Shown here one piece after another: positions 16,848 to 24,735 of a stretch of 24,735 nucleotides of DNA; the first letter of the stretch is position 1; each line of letters begins with the position of its first letter. Source of the DNA: Thermoplasmatota archaeon. GTDB lineage: Archaea > Thermoplasmatota > Penumbrarchaeia > Penumbrarchaeales > Penumbrarchaeaceae. The position numbers and the translations under genes are program-made. The DNA is taken from NCBI GenBank assembly GCA_965234725.1, contig CBDDUX010000099.1:1-24735 (forward strand). Reading direction: 5' to 3'. The notes below the pieces were generated by a model. It saw only the letters and a program-made list of their open reading frames with translations. It searched no databases and was not told the DNA's origin.

Positions 16848-19800
16848 TCAGCCGCCAAGCAGCATGTCCGATCTGGTCCTGGGTGTCCCCTTGGATATGT
16901 AGATCTTAAATAGGTTGATCCTGAAACTATCATCGAATATCTTGATCTCGAACAATACCAGTCTTCCACCCATCATAATCCAGAATCCGATCGACACACG
17001 CCAGGGCTTGTATCCCGAATCCGCAATGACCTGTATACCTATGGGAAGTACGAGCGATATCTTCAGATCGATAATCGTGAACTTGAAGAACCATAAGTTC
17101 AGAATGATCCTCGCCCACATCTCTCCCAGAGGATATATATCAAATATCATTTTGAAGAACGGCTTGAATATCAATCTCGCCTCTATTACAAGGTAAAGCC
17201 CGGCTCCGATATCGAACCCGATAGCCCTCAGGACTCCGAAGACGACGTTGAACAATTCAGATACTCCGGGAGTGAGCGATCCGCTCCCTCCCGTCACGAT
17301 ATCCAGTATGAAGGTCCCGGGATTCGACCATGCCTTCAGCCTTATCTTTATCTTGATCCCCAACTCGTATAGGCCAAAAGAATTGACCGCGGGATACCTC
17401 AATCCGCTGGAATGCTCTTTGTAAACGAACTTAAGCTGGACTCCAACAATGAAGGTAATCGACTCGATACCTGGCCTGTCGTTCATCTTCTTCCAGCTGT
17501 ATTTCAGACCTGAGGAATGGGTCTCGTTCACATCCTTGCTGTTATCTTTTGATTCATGGGTGTATTCCAGACGGATCCTGAGATAATAGGACTTTCCCAC
17601 CTCCATCTTTTCTACGTCTGTATAATTAAGGTCCACAATCTTGAGCTGTAGAGTATCACCTATGTTGAGCTTGGGGACCTCCAAACCGGGAATGGGGATA
17701 TCCGGTATCTTGGGAATGAAGCTCAAGTCTATATTGAAGCCTAAACCCAGTATACAGACTTCAATGGAATTTCCGGCCTCCTTGACCTTGGGATTTGCGC
17801 TTTCTCCATGATCGAAAACAGGAAGGGGTGTGACATAGATCTCGGGATACATCCTGGCATGATATCCGTCTCTTTGTTGGCTGACCCTGAATGAATAATG
17901 ACCGCTTGCGAGCTCCACGTTGGTGGAATTGGTGACCCACATCCCGCTCTCCCCGACAAATGCAAAGGTGACTTCAAGTTCCGCTCTGGTGGTGTTGATC
18001 ACACATTTCAAGACCACCTGACTTCCTTCTGGTTCGAACGCTTCTATTGTGAGCCTCTGAGCCTTCGATTGTGGGATGTCCACTTCGAATTCTGCCCAAT
18101 CCTCAGAATTGTTGAATTGTACATAAGGCCTCGAGTACTCATCATCGAACCCAGCAGTGACTCCCGAGGTATAGTTGTAGACAGAAAGGTCCTCTAGTGT
18201 CAAAGTATCCTTTATTCTGAGGTCTGAAGTACTCTCTGTTAGAGTGATGTCCACGACATCATTGGTATAGCCGTGTTCCACATCTATCAGTTTCCTGCCT
18301 TTCTTCTGGATGATAAAGGTCTCGAGCGTTCTTACCGCAGAGAGCTTGAGGTTTTTACCTCCCCCTAAACCTGCCGTGGTTATCTTAATGGTGTCCTTTG
18401 GATAGTGATACAGGGTAAAAGAATAACACTGATCCGTTTTCGGTATGTCGAAGGATCCTTTCTGATTCCCCACCTCGTAGAACAGCTCCGCGGATACGTA
18501 ATGATCTCCTTCCCGTGTCAGGAAAGATACAATTTGCGTTTCAGCAAGAATGGAGAAACTTGTATATTCGAAATCCAAAGGTTTCGTCCTCATCTCGATG
18601 TTCTCCACATCTCCCACGGTCTCGTATGGGATCACCTCTATCCTGTCCTGTTTGATGTAGGAGTTGGCATACCAGTACGTCCTGAATGAAAGAGCCTTGT
18701 TCCTTCTATCTTTGGTGGAGAAATCCACGTTGAAGAACTGATATGAGTTGGGATTGATGAAATCATGACGATAAAGGGGCCTATAAGCGACCGGTTCATC
18801 ACCGAACCATACCGAAATATTCGCAACCAGGTCGTTATGACCAGCATTGTTGTTGATCATCAAGTGGAACTGGGCGATATAATCGTCGTCCTCCATATCT
18901 GTAGAGTTCAGGCTCTTGCACAGGTAGCCGGGAACCGGAGGAATCTGAGGTTCGATTGACCAACCGTTTCCCTCGTCCTTTGCTCCCTCCATGTGCTCCA
19001 TATCATCAGCATGGAACACCAATTTCTCGGTTTCTTTGGCCCGCTGATTGATAATACTGCTGGTGTACATAACGCTCTCGGCATCATACATTGCCACGAG
19101 GACCTTGTATTCACCGAAGGGCAGGTCAGTGACGAGATTTTCCCTGTTCTGCTCCTCCACTGCTTTGGCTGGGTCCCACTCCATTTCAACTATCGTGCTC
19201 TTGTGGGAAGCAACCATTATTCTGTCATCAAGGGCCACATCGAAGACACCTCCCGAAGGTGAAAGGATCGATAATTCGACATTTACGTAGGATGGAAGTG
19301 CCCCTTGGTTGATGACCCTGACCGGTATCTTCAATGTACCGTTATGCGAGATCTCAGTAAGGTGATCCAGTACCTCGATCTCTATATCATCGATGAGATT
19401 GATCACGAGGTCAAGGGATTCATCCTGGTCGTCGCCCCAGATATCCAGGGTCATACCGTCGCTCTCCCTTTCAACGGAGAGAAGCATCCGGTAGGTTCCC
19501 TTGGGATATGTGGATTTCTTCGGCTGGAAAAGGAGGTGGACTTCAGCCTCTCTACCCGGAAGAACTGTTACGTTCTTGGAATGTGCGAGATATTCCCTTC
19601 CGAATGGGTCATTGACAGTGAGATTGACCAAATAGGTCTCTATCTGGTCGGAGGGATTTACAACATGGGTCTCAACTATGATATCCTCGCCCTTGTAATG
19701 CTCGTAATTCAGAATGTTCAGAAGGTAATCGTTCGGAGACCGAAGCAGGGAGAGTGCAAGTGTGATATCGACTGAGAAATAGGTAGAGAACGAGAAGGCT

Positions 19801-22800
19801 CCTTCACCGAACTTAACAGCACCCGTGGGTATCTGGTCCTTGACCATATCATAGTAGAGAGAAATTATAGCACCTTCCCGGGATGCCGAGCAAGCAAAGT
19901 CATATTCGAACTTTTCAGGTAAAGAGAGAGATTCAAACTCATCGTCAAGGACCTGACCCTGAGGAGTCTTTGTTGCATCCTTTCCTGAATTCAGGAACTC
20001 TCCCGGAGTATGGGTCAGTGGTGCAAGGAGCTGCTTGAACAGAGTGTCACCATAATAGATTGGAAGAACGTCCTCAAGACCGAGGTATCCCATTGGGTAT
20101 CCTGTAGGATTGACCCATACCGAGTTAGAACTCGATATCCATGTAGAGATCTGGGTAAGCCAGGTCTGGTATCTGATGTTGTGATTTGTGTTATCGACAC
20201 CCTTGGAAAGGATTAGCTCATCGATCATTCCATCGAAATTATTTGATGAAGGGAACCCTCCAATGTAGATAGGGGATTGATCATAGATGACATTCGTCCC
20301 CGCATCCAGAACCTCGACCTCCTGGCCGTCTATCTGGAGTACAATTTCTGATCCGTCATAGAGGGCGGAGATCTTATGCCATTCGCCTTTTGATAATGCA
20401 GAGACGCCGGGTTCCCCGTGTTCGATGGAGAAGAAACGTTCCCCATTTCCAATGGAGAACCTTATAATATTACTGTCAGAACCGTCACCTTCCAGTTCCA
20501 CACGGTATCCTGTCTTATTGTTTTCGAGCCCTTTGGAAACCAGGGTCCAAACCTCCTCCTCGGATGGATTATGGTCGATCCTGACAAGGAACTCTATGGT
20601 GAATTCTTGAAGCTCCTGTTTCCTGTTGCCCATGACCTCAAGCCATTTATCACCCTGGAATGTGTACGATGTAATGAACTGAGGTTTGTAAACATCCTCG
20701 CCAGTATATAGAGAACCGTAAAACTTCCCATTACGATCGTAGTAGCTCTCGAAATTCAGAGAGGGTTGTATCGAGGAGAGGTCCCATGTGTCGCTGTCGA
20801 TCGTCCCTGATGTTCCCTGAAGAAAGTATTCGATCGAGCCTATGATGGCCTCCAAGGGTTTTGCTGTCCATGAAAGGGATCCGTTATTATCGTTGTTGGC
20901 AATAAGGAGGCTGTCAATGTTCCTGACGTCCATGCTGCTGTTCACATTCAATGGTCCGTGGAATATCTCCACAGTGCTGGCGTAACGATCCAGAAGCTCA
21001 ACTTTGACTGCATTACCCGGTACAGTTCTGTCTATGGAGACGATAAGGGTCATCCACTCCCCAATATCGAACCCATCATTGTAAGGGAGAGTAAAGAAAA
21101 TGCTTTTCCACCCAGTGGATTCTTCAAGGGCTATCTCCAGCTCGACCTCACCGCTGTCTGCCCGATCGTTCCAGAGCTTCATCGACAAGAATGTCTCGTT
21201 GAGAGTATCCTGGTCCCAGAAGGAGGCCATCTGAGCATAATCGTTCTTTGACGGGAGGTCCATTATCTTGAGGTTCATAGTGAGATCGAGACCGCTCGCC
21301 ATGTGATCGGATGAACTCCCGATATCCGCTGGCAGGTCTGCAAGGCCGTTGATGAAGAATGGGAGGTAAAGAGATTGTTCGATCCCCTTCGGTCCTTGAT
21401 TCTGTATCCAGAAAGCATTATTTGGTTTTCTGGATTTTGGGAAATCCTCTATGAAGTTGCCAAGGGAGGAGCTATCCTCCGGTTTGTCGTTGTATTCATT
21501 GAAATGCATCAGGAGAACCGTATCCTTTCCACCCTTGTACTCATCAACATAATTCTCGGGGATTGGAAGAAGTGAGCCATGGGTATTGATCAAAGCATAA
21601 TCCTCTGCGTTTTCCTCCATCATCTGAATGAACTCCGAAAGATCGGTTATCTCCTTCCAGGAATAGGACAATGCATATTCTTCGGCAACGTCCCGGAGCT
21701 TTTCCTTGATCTCTGCCACCTGCTCATCACTAACCTCCCTTTCGATGTTATCTATCTTGAGCACGGCGAAGTTGATATGGCCTCCAGGTCTGATGCGGTC
21801 GGTGGGAAGTACCGCAACATCCCTGATCCTTCTATAAGAAACAAGGAATGCCGTTGAGTACATCTCGAATGGATCGTCACCGAATCTGAATATCAGCTGA
21901 TCGAGGTAATAAATTCCAACGACCAGAACGTGCCTACCTTCGCTGAATCCCAGATCAGTTGGGATCTCAAAGACAAGTGAATCGGACAAGTTCTTTGCAT
22001 CCAGATCGAGGAACTGGTTAGCGATTTGATATTCATTTCCGAAAGCATCATAACAGACTATCTTCACTCTGACAGCAATGGTTTGGTCCAGGTCGTTGGC
22101 AATCACGAACGAGCCGTTAATGTGATCGTTCTCCTTGTCAAGAAGTAGAGCTTTTTTATCCATGCTCAGGTCCATAACGAAAACCTTGGGGTCAAGATAT
22201 CTTGCCCCAAGGGCAATGGTATCAGTATTGTAGCGGTCGATCTGGTTGATCCTGCCTGAGGTTATGGGGAATTGCTGAGAGTACTTGAAGACCTGTGAAA
22301 CGTTCACACCCGAATTAACCACACAACCAAGTTTTACCTCGAGCTTCCGGTCAGGTGTGAATACTTGCCTGGATGAGAACTCCACCTCGCATGTTTCTAT
22401 ATACTCCTTGTTATCGAACTCCATCAGATATTCCTTCATCTCCCCCATCATCATCATTCTGGACTTGCCGATCATCTTGTTCGTTCCTAGGTCCCTGACT
22501 CTTACATCTATAGGAACCTCGCCTGTTGAGGTGGTCGAGGCATGGAAATATATCCCATCTACGATGCGGCCTCCTATTTCGAACACTTGTGAAACCATCG
22601 TGAATTGGGATAAAATATCTAGAGATTCGGTTTCGAACCTTGTCCCAACAGTGATTGTTGAGGTTACGTCCAGGGGTTCCGTAATATTGATCCTGCTTTT
22701 TGCAAAATCCCCGATCTTCTCGTCAATGAGTTTGGTCTCCTCTACCTCTTGAGCATTCGATGAGAGGGGTGACATCGCCGCCACCATAAGGAGAAGTACA

Positions 22801-24512
22801 AAGAATATTGCCATCTCCTCGTTCAGGTCGCCCTCCTTCATGGAACTCAATCTTCTCACGACAAATACAGCTGCTATCAGGATCATGATGAGTATAAGGG
22901 CTATCAATACGAGTATCAAAAAAGCACTTGTTCCTTTTTCACTTGAATCATCATCGTCATCTGTAGTATCATCAGTCGTATCATCGTCAGTGGTATCATC
23001 ATCGGTGGTATCGTCATCAGTTGTATCGTCATCATCATCGGTGATATTGTCGTCATCATCTGTGGTATTATCATCATCGTCTGGTATGTCATCGTCATCA
23101 TCGTCTGGCTCGACGGCTCCGGGGAAGTTGGAGTAGAAATCCTCAACCTGGCCCTCGATATTGACCGTGATAAAATAGGGGACGACCCTGTTCTCCGCAT
23201 CGTTCGTTCTAAACAGTACCAGTAGATCGTAAATCCCGGGGTAGTCTGCCTCGACCTGCAGATTCAGGTTAATTTCCTCACCGGGATCAATGTCGAAACT
23301 GTAGATAGAGGAGGATATGACGATATTATCTGTTCTCTTAGGTACTTCAATATATCCGTTTAGCAGGGAATTACCCGTATTTTGTATCGTCAAATTCTTT
23401 CGATATATCCCCTCCGTTGTCCAGGCCTCAATAACCCATTCCTGATCGTTTATCTCGAAGTTGGGATTCCTCTGTGTCTTTTCCAATTCTGAGAAATCTA
23501 TAAGATAGGATGGAACATTTTGACCGCCTTCCATGAGATAATCTGTATAAGATATCAGAAGCGGTACTATGTCCGTAATATGTTCAGTCTGGAATATGAT
23601 CTGATCGCTCCATATATAACCGTCAAAGAGAGATACCGCGATGCTCTCGATATTCTCTATTCCGTATCCTCCGATGTTAGTAACCCAAGCCAGTGCAAGG
23701 CGGTCCTTGTAAACTATGAGAGAGGGGGTCTGTATCTGTGCAATATCGTAGGAAACCCTGTAAGGTTCCGTCCATTGATCCCCGTTAGCAGTTGAGCTTA
23801 TGAAGATCGCGTCATCCTCCGCCTCCCACGCATTACCCTGGTGGGTGATCTCCTCATCCTGGGTCTGAACGAAGGAAATGTACAACCTTTCCTTGAACAC
23901 AGCAAGGGAGGGCATTTTATCGTTGAGATCACTCTTGAAGAGGACCTCTGGATCGGTCCAGCTTTTTCCGTCATCCAGACTTTTTATAACAGCGATGTCG
24001 TTGGAAAAACCAATGGATCCATTGGCCGAACCGCCCTGCTCGAAAGCAAGATAAAGGGATCCATGGAAATAGGAGAAGGAAGGATTCTGAAATGGAGCCC
24101 CTTCGAGTAGCATCGATCTACCGACAACATTTGTACCATCATACCTGATCGTCATTAGCCTGGTGTTAAAGAAATCATCTTCGACGATATAGGCTATCAG
24201 GAAGAAACCGTCCGCCGTGTAGATCATGGCCGCCTGTTCAGCATCCTCATCCGTGATTAAACGCGGGTTCTCGATTACGCCGCCGTGATAGTCCGAGAAA
24301 ACGAGCCCTTCCTGAGTGGAATGGATAACATGCACGATACCCTTATCGTCAATGCATCCATCGAAGCTCCACTCCTGGTCATCAATCCTCTCCAGAGTCG
24401 TTTGGGCAGAGGCAAAGACAAATAAAAGTGAGGAAATGAACAATGTTCCCGCAAGGAAGAAACCTATGACTTCTTTCCCAAACCCATTTAATAACATAAA
24501 TTCAAATTGCAT
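16848..24512 (-). CDS. Giant multidomain exported protein (2554 aa): Asp-box/BNR propeller, Ig domain, D/T linker, internal TM + second signal peptide, LamG domains, Ig/CARDB-like and CBM-like domains, amphipathic beta-rich C-terminus
   Basis: Uninterrupted ORF ending TGA TAA. Signal ...LFVFASA|QTT. Asp-boxes SLDDGKSW and STANGDQW. LamG signature FTIEFLVRID..GEWHKISALYDGSEIVLQIDG..IYIGG..FDGMIDEL. CBM6-like FNNSEDWAEFEVDIP. Confidence 0.92.
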   Translation of the reverse strand: MQFEFMLLNGFGKEVIGFFLAGTLFISSLLFVFASAQTTLERIDDQEWSFDGCIDDKGIVHVIHSTQEGLVFSDYHGGVIENPRLITDEDAEQAAMIYTADGFFLIAYIVEDDFFNTRLMTIRYDGTNVVGRSMLLEGAPFQNPSFSYFHGSLYLAFEQGGSANGSIGFSNDIAVIKSLDDGKSWTDPEVLFKSDLNDKMPSLAVFKERLYISFVQTQDEEITHQGNAWEAEDDAIFISSTANGDQWTEPYRVSYDIAQIQTPSLIVYKDRLALAWVTNIGGYGIENIESIAVSLFDGYIWSDQIIFQTEHITDIVPLLISYTDYLMEGGQNVPSYLIDFSELEKTQRNPNFEINDQEWVIEAWTTEGIYRKNLTIQNTGNSLLNGYIEVPKRTDNIVISSSIYSFDIDPGEEINLNLQVEADYPGIYDLLVLFRTNDAENRVVPYFITVNIEGQVEDFYSNFPGAVEPDDDDDDIPDDDDNTTDDDDNITDDDDDTTDDDTTDDDTTDDDTTDDTTDDDDDSSEKGTSAFLILVLIALILIMILIAAVFVVRRLSSMKEGDLNEEMAIFFVLLLMVAAMSPLSSNAQEVEETKLIDEKIGDFAKSRINITEPLDVTSTITVGTRFETESLDILSQFTMVSQVFEIGGRIVDGIYFHASTTSTGEVPIDVRVRDLGTNKMIGKSRMMMMGEMKEYLMEFDNKEYIETCEVEFSSRQVFTPDRKLEVKLGCVVNSGVNVSQVFKYSQQFPITSGRINQIDRYNTDTIALGARYLDPKVFVMDLSMDKKALLLDKENDHINGSFVIANDLDQTIAVRVKIVCYDAFGNEYQIANQFLDLDAKNLSDSLVFEIPTDLGFSEGRHVLVVGIYYLDQLIFRFGDDPFEMYSTAFLVSYRRIRDVAVLPTDRIRPGGHINFAVLKIDNIEREVSDEQVAEIKEKLRDVAEEYALSYSWKEITDLSEFIQMMEENAEDYALINTHGSLLPIPENYVDEYKGGKDTVLLMHFNEYNDKPEDSSSLGNFIEDFPKSRKPNNAFWIQNQGPKGIEQSLYLPFFINGLADLPADIGSSSDHMASGLDLTMNLKIMDLPSKNDYAQMASFWDQDTLNETFLSMKLWNDRADSGEVELEIALEESTGWKSIFFTLPYNDGFDIGEWMTLIVSIDRTVPGNAVKVELLDRYASTVEIFHGPLNVNSSMDVRNIDSLLIANNDNNGSLSWTAKPLEAIIGSIEYFLQGTSGTIDSDTWDLSSIQPSLNFESYYDRNGKFYGSLYTGEDVYKPQFITSYTFQGDKWLEVMGNRKQELQEFTIEFLVRIDHNPSEEEVWTLVSKGLENNKTGYRVELEGDGSDSNIIRFSIGNGERFFSIEHGEPGVSALSKGEWHKISALYDGSEIVLQIDGQEVEVLDAGTNVIYDQSPIYIGGFPSSNNFDGMIDELILSKGVDNTNHNIRYQTWLTQISTWISSSNSVWVNPTGYPMGYLGLEDVLPIYYGDTLFKQLLAPLTHTPGEFLNSGKDATKTPQGQVLDDEFESLSLPEKFEYDFACSASREGAIISLYYDMVKDQIPTGAVKFGEGAFSFSTYFSVDITLALSLLRSPNDYLLNILNYEHYKGEDIIVETHVVNPSDQIETYLVNLTVNDPFGREYLAHSKNVTVLPGREAEVHLLFQPKKSTYPKGTYRMLLSVERESDGMTLDIWGDDQDESLDLVINLIDDIEIEVLDHLTEISHNGTLKIPVRVINQGALPSYVNVELSILSPSGGVFDVALDDRIMVASHKSTIVEMEWDPAKAVEEQNRENLVTDLPFGEYKVLVAMYDAESVMYTSSIINQRAKETEKLVFHADDMEHMEGAKDEGNGWSIEPQIPPVPGYLCKSLNSTDMEDDDYIAQFHLMINNNAGHNDLVANISVWFGDEPVAYRPLYRHDFINPNSYQFFNVDFSTKDRRNKALSFRTYWYANSYIKQDRIEVIPYETVGDVENIEMRTKPLDFEYTSFSILAETQIVSFLTREGDHYVSAELFYEVGNQKGSFDIPKTDQCYSFTLYHYPKDTIKITTAGLGGGKNLKLSAVRTLETFIIQKKGRKLIDVEHGYTNDVVDITLTESTSDLRIKDTLTLEDLSVYNYTSGVTAGFDDEYSRPYVQFNNSEDWAEFEVDIPQSKAQRLTIEAFEPEGSQVVLKCVINTTRAELEVTFAFVGESGMWVTNSTNVELASGHYSFRVSQQRDGYHARMYPEIYVTPLPVFDHGESANPKVKEAGNSIEVCILGLGFNIDLSFIPKIPDIPIPGLEVPKLNIGDTLQLKIVDLNYTDVEKMEVGKSYYLRIRLEYTHESKDNSKDVNETHSSGLKYSWKKMNDRPGIESITFIVGVQLKFVYKEHSSGLRYPAVNSFGLYELGIKIKIRLKAWSNPGTFILDIVTGGSGSLTPGVSELFNVVFGVLRAIGFDIGAGLYLVIEARLIFKPFFKMIFDIYPLGEMWARIILNLWFFKFTIIDLKISLVLPIGIQVIADSGYKPWRVSIGFWIMMGGRLVLFEIKIFDDSFRINLFKIYISKGTPRTRSDMLLGG
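22947..23105 (-). repeat. Asp/Thr-rich low-complexity linker (DDDxTT-type repeats) within the giant protein
   Basis: 53 codons, 35 of them Asp: DDDDDDIPDDDDNTTDDDDNITDDDDDTTDDDTTDDDTTDDDTTDDTTDDDDD. Confidence 0.95.
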
Positions 24513-24540
24513 ATTCTGATAGTTATCACTTTCGAAGGAC

Positions 24541-24549
24541 CTTAAATAA
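24541..24549 (-). promoter_or_regulatory. Putative TATA box of the giant-protein gene
   Basis: TTATTTAAG on the minus strand ~30 nt upstream of ATG 24512, in AT-rich intergenic DNA; no SD seen. Confidence 0.4.
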
Positions 24550-24735
24550 CTATATAGAAAAATATTTCAATAACAAGTAAAAGATGGGAATATTTCATTA
24601 TTTTTATGGAATATTTGGATAGGATGCGCTTTTTACATGTTCGATAATATAAACAGCCATACTATCGGATACGTTGAATTTCTATATTCAGTACTTCACT
24701 AAGTTCCTCCCAGATATGATGGATTTTCGTATACA

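Noticed and set aside
16848..16870. C-terminal LLGG of the giant protein as a ubiquitin/SAMP-like di-glycine
   Set aside because: No beta-grasp domain is recognisable and the region is predicted to be extracellular; probably chance.
22947..23105. Repeat tract as a CRISPR array or VNTR
   Set aside because: There is no constant repeat with unique spacers; it is an in-frame coding low-complexity linker.
23500..24400. Calling the N-terminal propeller a sialidase
   Set aside because: Asp-boxes are present, but no FRIP motif or Arg triad is recognisable, and Asp-boxes occur in many non-catalytic propellers.

Overview
Archaeal-style chromosomal window, most consistent with a Thermoplasmatota-type genome. 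This is inferred from BRE/TATA promoters, apparently leaderless starts, and C-terminally anchored surface proteins with Asp/Thr linkers. From left to right it contains: (i) four small acidic helical proteins of unknown function sharing a C-terminal motif; (ii) a TetR + RND/MMPL exporter operon with a triple 14-bp operator; (iii) a 773-aa FN3/Ig-repeat surface protein; (iv) a second TetR with a tandem operator, a coupled 42-codon ORF and a MacB/LolCDE-type ABC ATPase + permease; (v) a small membrane protein + YbjQ pair; (vi) a 1141-aa beta-helix/FN3 surface protein; (vii) a DUF4352-like protein; and (viii) a 2554-aa giant protein. The giant protein is the most unusual element. It reads as two complete exported proteins in one frame: an anchored Asp-box propeller/Ig unit, then an internal signal peptide and a ~1970-aa LamG/CBM-rich unit ending in an amphipathic beta-strand domain. 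No rRNA, tRNA, CRISPR array or transposase was recognised. Domain calls come from motif recognition by eye, not database searches.
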